NCBI GenBank assembly: GCA_040882355.1
Contig: JBBEBM010000060.1
Span: 53,717-73,716 of the forward strand
DNA length: 20,000 nucleotides
Source of the DNA: Dehalococcoidia bacterium
GTDB lineage: Bacteria; Chloroflexota; Dehalococcoidia; DSTF01; RBG-16-68-14
Direction of reading: 5' to 3'
Numbering within the stretch: position 1 is the first letter of the stretch; the number at the start of each line of letters is the position of its first letter. Shown in pieces: positions 9,359 to 17,004 of the stretch. The notes below the pieces were generated by a model. The model did not search any database. It saw only the letters and a program-made list of their open reading frames with translations, and was not told where the DNA came from. The position numbers and the translations under genes were made by a program.

Positions 9359-10087
9359 CTAAGCGCTCATCCCTGCTAGCTCGCGCTGCCCGGCGAGGTC
9401 ACGCATCGCCGTCTCCATCCGGTCCTTCGCTTGGCCGATGTCGTCGCCCGCGGCGAAGGCGAGCGGCGCGCCGATGCGAATGCGCACGGCGGCCGGCCGC
9501 GACACGCGCTCGCCCGGCGGCAGGATGTCGGTCGCTCCCTCGATGTGGATCGGCAACACGGGCGTCTCCTGTCGGACGGCCAGGATCGCCGGACCGGCGT
9601 GGAAGGGGAGCAGCTCACCTGTTCGTGAGCGGTGGCCCTCCGGGAAGATCAGCAGCGACCAATCGCGCTGGAGCAGCCACGCTGGGTAGGCGAGGGCGGC
9701 GCTGCCGCCGCCGCGGGCGATGGGCGCGGCGTTGTACTTGAGGGAGTACCAGGCGCTCTTCAGCCGCTCTCGGTAGAACCGGTCCGCCGCGGCGACGACG
9801 GCGGTCCGGCGGAAGATCCGCTGTGGCAGGAGCGAGAGGACGATGATCGTGTCGAAGTGGCTGGTGTGATTCGCGATGATGAGGCTGCGCCCGTTGACCT
9901 CGTCGAAATGCTCGAGCCCTTCGATCGTCAACGGCGAGCAATAGTGCTGGAGGTGGCGAGTGAGCAGGATTGGGCGGGCAAGACTGCGAAAGCTCCGCGC
10001 CCAGAGGCTGAGGGCCCAGCGGTGGGGCTGTGCCTCCGCCGAGGTCGCGACTTCAGAATGACTGCCGCCGAGAGGGACGCTGGTCAT
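9359..10087 (-). CDS. lysophospholipid acyltransferase (PlsC/LPAAT family)
   Basis: NHTSHFD (NHxxxxD), IFPEGHRS, PVLPIHI. Start placed at ATG 10087 because GGAGGA lies 5 nt upstream. Confidence 0.92.
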   Translation of the reverse strand: MTSVPLGGSHSEVATSAEAQPHRWALSLWARSFRSLARPILLTRHLQHYCSPLTIEGLEHFDEVNGRSLIIANHTSHFDTIIVLSLLPQRIFRRTAVVAAADRFYRERLKSAWYSLKYNAAPIARGGGSAALAYPAWLLQRDWSLLIFPEGHRSRTGELLPFHAGPAILAVRQETPVLPIHIEGATDILPPGERVSRPAAVRIRIGAPLAFAAGDDIGQAKDRMETAMRDLAGQRELAGMSA

Positions 10088-10246
10088 AATTGTCCTCCGT
10101 ATGGACATGGCGCGCCCCGCGCGCACTCCTGATCGATTGCGGGTTTGATGGGGTCCTCGGAGTACAGAGAAGCCAACCGCGTCTGGCTGAAGCCTAGATC
10201 GGTGCTGACCACCCCCTTCCGTGGCTAGGGGACTGCGGAGTTCGCG

Positions 10247-10753
10247 CTAGCTGTCGGTGTCGGACGAATCTGATGCACGGGCCGTCTCGCGAGAGCGGCG
10301 GCCGTCGCCAGCCGTTGCGGCGGCCGGCGTCGAACGGTTGGCGTTCTGGACGACCTCGCCCGCGCGACTGAATGCGCCTCGAGCGGCATCCATGGCCGCC
10401 TCACCGGCGCTCCGGTTCGCCGTCGCGATGCGCTGGATCACCTGGCGGCTCTCCTGCTGCGCGTTCGCCATCTCACCGAACCACTCGCGGGTCGCTTCCA
10501 GCGCCCGGCTTTGGACCTTCGTGGTGTTTTCCACGAACGCGCTGTAGAGGCCCAGGATGTCCAGGGGCGCGTCTGCCCACCGCTTGACCAGCTCGACAGC
10601 TTCGCGCTGCGAGCGCTGCGCGTCCTCGATCAGGGCGGTGGATACGCGGTGACCGCGGTCGTTCGCTGCTCGGACGGCGTCGATGAGGGCATCATAACCG
10701 TCGTTCAGGGAGTCGTAGACCCGGTTCGCGGTGCCGTTGCCGTTGCTAGGCAT
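10247..10753 (-). CDS. amphipathic helical protein, candidate phasin / lipid-inclusion coat protein
   Basis: 168 aa, rich in Ala/Arg/Glu/Gln, no Cys, no enzyme motif, low-complexity C-terminal tail; AAGGAGG RBS; divergent from phaE-phaC. Function inferred from composition and context. Confidence 0.65.
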   Translation of the reverse strand: MPSNGNGTANRVYDSLNDGYDALIDAVRAANDRGHRVSTALIEDAQRSQREAVELVKRWADAPLDILGLYSAFVENTTKVQSRALEATREWFGEMANAQQESRQVIQRIATANRSAGEAAMDAARGAFSRAGEVVQNANRSTPAAATAGDGRRSRETARASDSSDTDS

Positions 10754-10798
10754 AATTCCCTCCTTGGAAACAGATAGTGTGCGATCCCTTCACTCGGC

Positions 10799-10827
10799 AT
10801 ATTGAATCAGACGTTCCTAAGTGTCAA
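10799..10827 (-). promoter_or_regulatory. sigma70 promoter for the phasin-like gene
   Basis: Minus strand TTGACA (10827-10822)-17 nt-CAATAT (10804-10799). Confidence 0.6.
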
Positions 10828-10891
10828 GGGTCTAGGCGTTAATCTTATAGGAAGTTCGTCATGTGTTTGCTCCCTTATGTATATCCCGCGC

Positions 10892-10920
10892 TTGCAGTTT
10901 ATCGCGTGAGGTGCCAAAAT
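10892..10920 (+). promoter_or_regulatory. sigma70 promoter for the phaE-like gene
   Basis: TTGCAG-17 nt-CAAAAT with extended TG at 10912-10913. Confidence 0.5.
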
Positions 10921-10976
10921 GATGCTCCCAGGCGCTGCGGAGCGCCCCGCCGGCGACGCCAGGGCAGGAGGTCGCG

Positions 10977-11444
10977 ATGTCAGAGCAGCAAGGCAGACAG
11001 CAGCCGGACGTGGTCCAGCTTTGGCGCGACTGGCTGACCCAGTCCGAGCGTCAGTTCAACAGTTTCCTCAACGAGGCGATGGGCAGCGAGGGCTTCTCCC
11101 GCTCCACCGGGAACTACATGGAGCTCTACGTGATGTTCCAGCGCATGATGGCCCAGGGCATGGAGCGCTACCTGAACTTTATGAACATGCCCTCCCGCAC
11201 CGACGTGATTAGCCTGGGAGAGACCCTGCGCAACATCGAGGCGCGCCTGGCCCGCATCGAGGAGACGCTCCAGATCGCCGCTGCCGCCGTGGACGGGCCG
11301 GACTACGACCGCTACCGCCAGGAGCCGCCGCGCACGCGACGCCCGGCCACCATGACGTTACCGGAAGAGGTGCGGGCGGGCTCGCCGCCCGCCTCCGAAG
11401 TGCGCGCAGGAGCGCCGCCGCTCCCGGACGACTTCCGGCTTTAG
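10977..11444 (+). CDS. phaE: short PHA synthase accessory subunit (PhaE/PhaR-like)
   Basis: WRDW...EAMGSEGFSR..G...YLNFMNMPSRTDVISLGETLRNIEARLARIE matches the L-N-L-P-[ST]-R-x-D-V plus coiled-coil signature of PhaE/class IV PhaR; AGGAGG RBS; directly upstream of phaC. Confidence 0.8.
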   Translation: MSEQQGRQQPDVVQLWRDWLTQSERQFNSFLNEAMGSEGFSRSTGNYMELYVMFQRMMAQGMERYLNFMNMPSRTDVISLGETLRNIEARLARIEETLQIAAAAVDGPDYDRYRQEPPRTRRPATMTLPEEVRAGSPPASEVRAGAPPLPDDFRL

Positions 11445-11615
11445 GCCGTTTCGCAGGAAAGTTCTGAGAGCGCGCCCGGAGCGCTTCCTATGGGCGAACG
11501 TTCGTGGCATACTAGGCTTGATGACCGGCCCGAGGCGCCGACGATGATGACGACTCCTCGCGTCGGTGAAACTCGGGCAGAATCGGCCGGAGCAAGGACG
11601 ACGAGGCCGTCGAAT

Positions 11616-12701
11616 ATGGTGTCACAGCCTGCTGAAGCGGGCTTTGCGCTGGCGGAGCAGGCGCGCAGGGAAGCCGCCCGCACGGTCGAGCGCGCGCGGC
11701 GGACCACTGACCTTCTCATGGGCCGGCACGAGCCGGACGTCGGCGTCACCCCCAAAGAGACGATCTACTCTCGCGGGACCCTCCAGCTCAATCGCTACTA
11801 CCCGATGACCGACGACGTCTACCGCGTGCCGGTGATCTTCGTCATGTCGCTGATCAGCAAGCCGTACATACTCGATCTCGTGCCCGGCCAGAGCTTCGTC
11901 GAATTCCTGCTGCGCCAGGGGTTCGACGTGTACATGGTCGATTGGGGCGTCCCGCGGCCGGAGGACCACAAGCTCCGGCTGGAGGACTACGTCCTGGACT
12001 TCATGCCACGCTGCATCGAGGAGGTGCAGCGCACCACGCGCGAACAGGAGTTCTCGCTGCTCGGCTACTGCATGGGCGGCACCTTCGCCATGATGTACGG
12101 CAGCGTGTTCCCCCACGCGCCGATGCGAAACCTGGTGACTGTCGCGACCCCCGTCGATTTCTCCGGCATGGGGTTACTCCGCGCCTGGGCCGACCCGCGC
12201 TTCTTCAACGTCGACCGCGTGGTCGACACCTTGGGCAACATCCCCGCGGACATGATCACGGCCTCGCTCGAGTTCCTTCGCCCCATGGACCGGCTCCTCA
12301 GCTACGTGCGGCTCTGGGACAACCTCTGGGACGACAGCTACGTCTACAACTGGCGCGTCCGCTACAAGTGGGTGAACGACCAGATCCCCTTCCCGGGGGA
12401 GACCTATCGCCAGGTGATCAAGGAGCTCATGTGGGCCAACAAGCTGATCAAGGGCGAGTTTCGCCTCGGCGGACGGCCGGTCGATCCGAGGGCGATCACC
12501 TGCTCCGTCTTCAACGCCATGGCCGAATACGACCACATCGCCCCGTACGAGGCCACCCGTCCCCTCACCTCCATCATCAGCAGCCTCGACAAGGAGGATG
12601 TGGTGATGCGAGGGGGCCACGTCAGTCTCATATCGGGCGCCAACGCCATGCTCCGCCTCTGGCCCCTGGTGAACGACTGGCTCTCCACCCGTTCGGTCTA
12701 G
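11616..12701 (+). CDS. phaC: class III/IV-type polyhydroxyalkanoate synthase subunit
   Basis: VGVTPKE, SLISKPYILDLVPGQS, FDVYMVDWG, lipase-box Cys LLGYCMGG, AEYDHIAP (Asp), GGHVSL (His). Start uncertain (11490, 11544 or 11616); 11616 gives the typical length of about 360 aa. Confidence 0.93.
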   Translation: MVSQPAEAGFALAEQARREAARTVERARRTTDLLMGRHEPDVGVTPKETIYSRGTLQLNRYYPMTDDVYRVPVIFVMSLISKPYILDLVPGQSFVEFLLRQGFDVYMVDWGVPRPEDHKLRLEDYVLDFMPRCIEEVQRTTREQEFSLLGYCMGGTFAMMYGSVFPHAPMRNLVTVATPVDFSGMGLLRAWADPRFFNVDRVVDTLGNIPADMITASLEFLRPMDRLLSYVRLWDNLWDDSYVYNWRVRYKWVNDQIPFPGETYRQVIKELMWANKLIKGEFRLGGRPVDPRAITCSVFNAMAEYDHIAPYEATRPLTSIISSLDKEDVVMRGGHVSLISGANAMLRLWPLVNDWLSTRSV

Positions 12702-12883
12702 GTTCGCATCCCATCGTCCCCAGCCGTCTGCCAATTCGGGGGTAAGCCCCGCGTTGCTAGGGAATCCCACCTATATCCCTCGGGAGACGCCGCACACTCA
12801 TGAGCAAGCGGCAATAGCCGATCCTATCTACGCCAGGGTGCCGTTCAGCCCGAACGGCAGCGGCCGCGTGAGAGGGGACCGGC

Positions 12884-13768
12884 ATGCCGAGGGTCGGGGC
12901 CAACGGCATCGACATCTATTACGAGGAGCACGGCGAGGGGGAGCCGCTGCTGCTGATCATGGGCTGGGGCGGCAACGCGGCGAGCTGGCTCCCCCAGGTG
13001 CCCGGCCTGGCCGAGCGCTTCCGCGTGATCACCTTCGACAACCGGGGCGTCGGCCGCACCGACGCGCCGGACGGCCCGTACAGCGTGCACGACATGGCCC
13101 GCGACGCCGCCGGCCTCCTCGACACGCTGGGCATCGAGAAGGCGCACGTGATGGGCATCTCCATGGGGGGCATGATCGCGCAGGCGCTGGCGATCGAGCA
13201 CGCTGAGCGCGTCGATGCGCTCGTGCTGGGTTGCACCTCGCCGGGCGGCGATCAGTCGGCGGGGTTTGAGGACCTGCGCGAGAACATCGACTCGTTCTAC
13301 GACAGCACGGAGCAGGACTCGCTCAACCTGGGCTGGTTCATGGAGTTCATGCGCATGCTCTGGACGGAGGGCGCCCTGGCCCGCGCCGAGACGCATCTCC
13401 AGGACTTCGTCCTCTCGCTCATCCGCTACCCGCCCACCACGCACGGCCTTCAGCACCAGGCGACGGCCGTCTCCGAACACGACGTCTTCGAGCAGCTCAG
13501 CCGTATCGCGCAGCCGACCCTGGTCATCACCGGCGACGATGACCCGCTCATTCACCCCGACAACTCGACCATCCTGGCCCAGCGCATCCCGCGCGCGGAG
13601 TTGCAGGTCTTCGCGGGCCTGAAGCACGCCTTCCACCTGGAACGCCCCGACCTCGTGAACCCGATGATCATCGACTTCATCCACGAGGCGACGCGCGCCA
13701 ACGGCGTCGTCCGCCCCGCGGCCCGGCCTAAGACGAAGCGCCGCTCCGCTAAGAAGATGGCGAAGTAG
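12884..13768 (+). CDS. alpha/beta hydrolase (enol-lactonase-like), candidate intracellular PHA depolymerase
   Basis: PLLLIMGWG, FDNRGVGRT, GISMGG (Ser), GDDDPLI (Asp), LKHAFH (His). The depolymerase role is inferred from its position downstream of phaC. Confidence 0.85.
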   Translation: MPRVGANGIDIYYEEHGEGEPLLLIMGWGGNAASWLPQVPGLAERFRVITFDNRGVGRTDAPDGPYSVHDMARDAAGLLDTLGIEKAHVMGISMGGMIAQALAIEHAERVDALVLGCTSPGGDQSAGFEDLRENIDSFYDSTEQDSLNLGWFMEFMRMLWTEGALARAETHLQDFVLSLIRYPPTTHGLQHQATAVSEHDVFEQLSRIAQPTLVITGDDDPLIHPDNSTILAQRIPRAELQVFAGLKHAFHLERPDLVNPMIIDFIHEATRANGVVRPAARPKTKRRSAKKMAK

Positions 13769-13774
13769 GTCACC

Positions 13775-13803
13775 GTAGGGGCGCGCGACTGAACGCCCCC
13801 TAC
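13775..13803. repeat. REP hairpin A with a GTAG foot on both strands
   Basis: GTAG-GGGCG-CGCGACTGAA-CGCCC-C-CTAC. Confidence 0.8.
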
Positions 13804-13848
13804 AACGACGACGCTGCTCGCTCTGGCAACAGCAGTTCGACGTCGTCC

Positions 13849-13872
13849 GTGGGGCGGGTTTCAAACCCGCCC
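13849..13872 (+). repeat. REP hairpin B
   Basis: GTG-GGGCGGGTTT-C-AAACCCGCCC: perfect 10-bp inverted repeat with a GTGG foot; core identical to the copy at 14119-14139. Confidence 0.88.
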
Positions 13873-13897
13873 GCTTGGCGATCGTCCTGACCCGCTC

Positions 13898-14410
13898 GGG
13901 ATTCTCGCTGTCGGACGCCCATTGGCTCGGGTTTCTGGCGATGTAATCCCGCACGCGCCACAGCTCCTCCTCGTTTCGGATCACGCGTTCGTAGTAGTTG
14001 CGCTGCCAGACGCGCTGTCCAGGGGTACGACGCAGCTTGTTGATGCTTCTTGACGAGAACGTCTTTAGCCCACGAACGATCTCAGGCAGGGCGTGACGTC
14101 CATCTCCCGCGTGCGCTGGGGCGGGTTTCAAACCCGCCCCTACATTTCCGATTTCCTCCAACGCGATGATTCCGTGAATGTGGTTCGGCATGACTATGAA
14201 CGCGTCGAGTAGAACGTGCGGATAATGGCCCGCCAGCGCAAGCCACGCCTGCTGAACGACTAGCCCGTACTCACTCAGCGCCAACTGACCTTCGACGATC
14301 GCTCCGAGCATCGGTGCACGGTTCTGGACGCAGATTGTGATGTAGTAGTGCCCCGCCAGAGCGTAGTCGTGCTCTTTGAGCCGAATCGAGCGACGGTTCC
14401 GCTGAGACAC
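13898..14410 (-). mobile_element. REP-associated tyrosine transposase (RAYT, IS200/IS605 Y1 HUH superfamily); conserved domain shown, the ORF stays open to 12845
   Basis: RRSIRLKEHDY, YYITIC, FIVMPNHIHGII (HUH), IVRGLKTFSS, VWQRNYYERVIRNE, RDYIARNP (catalytic Tyr), WASDSENP; REPs adjacent. Confidence 0.93.
14118..14143 (-). repeat. REP hairpin C, inside the RAYT coding sequence
   Basis: Minus strand GTAG-GGGCGGGTTT-G-AAACCCGCCCC, translated as VGAGLKPAP. Confidence 0.9.
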
Positions 14411-14427
14411 GCCTCACTTCCCGACAG

Positions 14428-14466
14428 ACCATAGCATTTGCAGCGACATGGTCGCACCCCTAGACT
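14428..14466. promoter_or_regulatory. back-to-back -10 elements for RAYT and galT
   Basis: Minus strand TGcTATGGT (14436-14428); plus strand TAGACT (14461-14466), 7 nt before the galT ATG. Confidence 0.45.
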
Positions 14467-14473
14467 GCCAGCG

Positions 14474-15568
14474 ATGCCGCTGCGGAAGACCCGGATCACC
14501 AAGGCCGACGGGCGATACCTCTGGTACTACACCTGGGACGGGCCGCCGCCGGAGATCGACGTGCCCACTGGCGGTCTTTCGATGGAGACGGAGGGCCTGG
14601 AGCTGCGCTGGCACCCGCTGCTGGAGACGTGGGTCGTCGTCGCGCCGGAGCGACAGGAGCGCACCTTCCTCCCGCCGCCCGAGTACTGCCCGCTCTGCCC
14701 CACGCGCGATCCCTCATCGCTCACGGAGGTGCCGTCGTCCGGCTACGAAATCGTGGTCTTCGAGAACCGCTTCCCGAGCTTCCGCCGCGACGCGCCCCAG
14801 CCCGCGCAGCCGCCTGCGCCGCATCGAGCCGGCCCGGCGGCGGGCGCCGGCGAGGTGGTCGTGTACTCGTCCGACCACGACGCGACGTTGGGGGCGCTGC
14901 CAGCGGCGCAGATCGAGCGGTTGGTCGAGGTCTGGACGGACCGGTATCGAGAGCTGGCCGCGAGGCCGGAGGTGGCCTACGTTTTCATCTTCGAGAACAG
15001 GGGCGAGGAGATCGGCGTCACGCTCACCCACCCGCACGGCCAGATCTACGCCTTCCCCTTCGTCCCGCCCCACGTCGAACGGGAGCTGACCGCCGCCCGG
15101 CGCTACCAGCGCGAGCACGGGGGCTGCCTGCACTGCGCGCTCATCGAGGACGAGACGGCGAGCGGCGAACGGCTCGTCGCGCACAACGAGAGCTTCGTCG
15201 CCTTCGTGCCGTACTTCGCGCGCTGGCCGTACGAGCTGCACGTCGTCAGCCGGAGACACCGCGCGTCGCTCGCCGAGCTGACGAAGGCGGAGCGTCGCGA
15301 CCTGGCGGGCTTGCTCAAGGTCGTGCTCCAGAAGTACGACAATCTCTGGGGCTTCCCGATGCCCTTCGTCATGTCGATCCACCAGCGCCCGACGGACGGC
15401 AGGCGTTACCCGGGCTGCCACCTCCACATCGAGTTCACGCCGCCCTACCGCAGCCGCGACCGGCTGAAGTACCTGGCCGGCTGCGAAACGGGCGCGGGCA
15501 CCTTCATCGTCGATGCCCGGGCGGAGGAGACGGCCGTCGAGCTGCGATGGGCGGCGCCGAAGACGTAG
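14474..15568 (+). CDS. galT: galactose-1-phosphate uridylyltransferase
   Basis: LRWHPLL...RQERTFLP, CPLCP, VFENRFPSF, FENRGEEIGVTLTHPHGQ (HPH active site), KYLAGCETGAG; alternative start at 14582. Confidence 0.96.
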   Translation: MPLRKTRITKADGRYLWYYTWDGPPPEIDVPTGGLSMETEGLELRWHPLLETWVVVAPERQERTFLPPPEYCPLCPTRDPSSLTEVPSSGYEIVVFENRFPSFRRDAPQPAQPPAPHRAGPAAGAGEVVVYSSDHDATLGALPAAQIERLVEVWTDRYRELAARPEVAYVFIFENRGEEIGVTLTHPHGQIYAFPFVPPHVERELTAARRYQREHGGCLHCALIEDETASGERLVAHNESFVAFVPYFARWPYELHVVSRRHRASLAELTKAERRDLAGLLKVVLQKYDNLWGFPMPFVMSIHQRPTDGRRYPGCHLHIEFTPPYRSRDRLKYLAGCETGAGTFIVDARAEETAVELRWAAPKT

Positions 15569-16773
15569 CGCGCCTCTCGGCGGATGCGCGCCGCGCCGCG
15601 CTGGCCGGCGCGTTCGAGCGGCGCTTCGGGCGCGCGCCGGAGGGCACCGCCGAGGCGCCCGGCCGCGTCAACCTCATCGGCGAGCACCTCGACTATAACG
15701 AAGGGCTCGTCCTGCCCGCGGCGATCGATCGCAGTGTGCTCGTCGCGTTTGGACGACGGGACGACGCTGAGGTGCGCATTTGCTCGCTCGACTTCGACGA
15801 AGAGTCAAGCTTCTCGCTCGACGACCCCATCGCCCGCGACGACGAGCGGCCGTGGAGCAACTACGCGCGCGGCGCCGTCCGGGCGCTGTGTGAGGAGGGC
15901 GCGTCCGGCCCCGGCCTCGACCTCACGATCACCGGCGACGTACCGCTGGGCGCCGGGCTCTCGTCGTCAGCGGCGCTGGAGCTGGCGACGCTGGGCGCGT
16001 TTCGCGCGGCATGGGGACTCGACATTGACAACAAGCGGCTCGCGCTGCTCGGTCAGCGCGCCGAGAACGACTTCGTCGGCGTGCAGTGTGGCATCATGGA
16101 CCAGTTTTGCGCCGCGCTCGGCGTCGCCGGGCACGCGCTGCTCATCGACTGCCGCTCGTTGGAGTACGAGGCCGTGCCGCTGCGCTTCGAGGAGCGCGGC
16201 CTCGCGCTCGTGGTCGCAGACAGCGCCGTGCCGCGCCGCCTCGAAGCGTCCGGCTACAACCAGCGCCGCGACGAGTGCGCCGAGGCGCTGCGCCTTCTGG
16301 GCGACGCCGTGCCCGATCGCCCGCCCGCCGCACTCCGCGATGTCTCGATCTCCGACCTCGACGCGCGCGGCGGCAGCCTGCCGCCGGCGCTGCTGCGCCG
16401 CGCTCGACACGTTGTGAGCGAGCTGGAGCGCGTGCGCGCGGCCGTCGATGCGCTGGGTGCGGACGATCTCGATAAGTTCGGTGGGCTGATGAACGCGTCG
16501 CACGCCAGCCTGCGCGACGAGTTCGAGGTGAGCTGCCGTGAGCTCGATCTGCTCGTGGAGCTGGCCCAGGCGCTCGATGGCGTGCTGGGCGCCCGCCTCA
16601 CCGGCGCCGGCTTCGGCGGCTGTACCGTGAACCTCGTGCGCGCCGACGCCGTCGCCGCATTCGAACGCGAAGTCATCGAGCCTTACCGGCGCGAGACCGG
16701 CCTGCCTGGGCGCATGCACGTCTACCGCGCCTCCGATGGTCTGCGGGTGTACGCTGCACGAGAATTCGCGTAA
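15547..16773 (+). CDS. galK: galactokinase
   Basis: APGRVNLIGEHLDYNEG, VPLGAGLSSSAALE, CGIMDQ, GARLTGAGFGGC. Nearest in-frame ATG is at 15547, overlapping the galT end. Confidence 0.96.
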   Translation: MGGAEDVARLSADARRAALAGAFERRFGRAPEGTAEAPGRVNLIGEHLDYNEGLVLPAAIDRSVLVAFGRRDDAEVRICSLDFDEESSFSLDDPIARDDERPWSNYARGAVRALCEEGASGPGLDLTITGDVPLGAGLSSSAALELATLGAFRAAWGLDIDNKRLALLGQRAENDFVGVQCGIMDQFCAALGVAGHALLIDCRSLEYEAVPLRFEERGLALVVADSAVPRRLEASGYNQRRDECAEALRLLGDAVPDRPPAALRDVSISDLDARGGSLPPALLRRARHVVSELERVRAAVDALGADDLDKFGGLMNASHASLRDEFEVSCRELDLLVELAQALDGVLGARLTGAGFGGCTVNLVRADAVAAFEREVIEPYRRETGLPGRMHVYRASDGLRVYAAREFA

Positions 16774-17004
16774 CCATGGGCGGCGTTGGAATCGTGTCAG
16801 TACGTTTTGCAAAATGACCTTTCTCACGCGAAGCGCTCCAATGAGCTCCGGCGATCGAATCCAGCAGGCGAGTCGCGGAAGGCGGTTGCCCACGATTCAT
16901 TGTCGGGCATAGGGTATGCCCAGATCGAAAGAGCGCGAAGCGGGTGGTGGCACGACAGCGAAAGCGCTGCGCGATTGGCAGAGAGCGGTGCGAGGGGTAG
17001 TGAA

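Noticed and set aside
11495..11504. CGAACGTTCG palindrome as a LexA box
   Set aside because: The Gram-positive-type box needs GAAC-N4-GTTC; here the spacer is zero
13775..14143. Repeats as a CRISPR array
   Set aside because: Only two identical cores, irregular spacing and no cas genes; explained as REPs beside a RAYT
14629..15546. Apparent 714-aa galK with a long N-terminal extension or galT-galK fusion
   Set aside because: The extension is an Arg/Ala/Gly-rich alternative frame of galT; galT has its own stop at 15568 and GalK motifs start only after 15547
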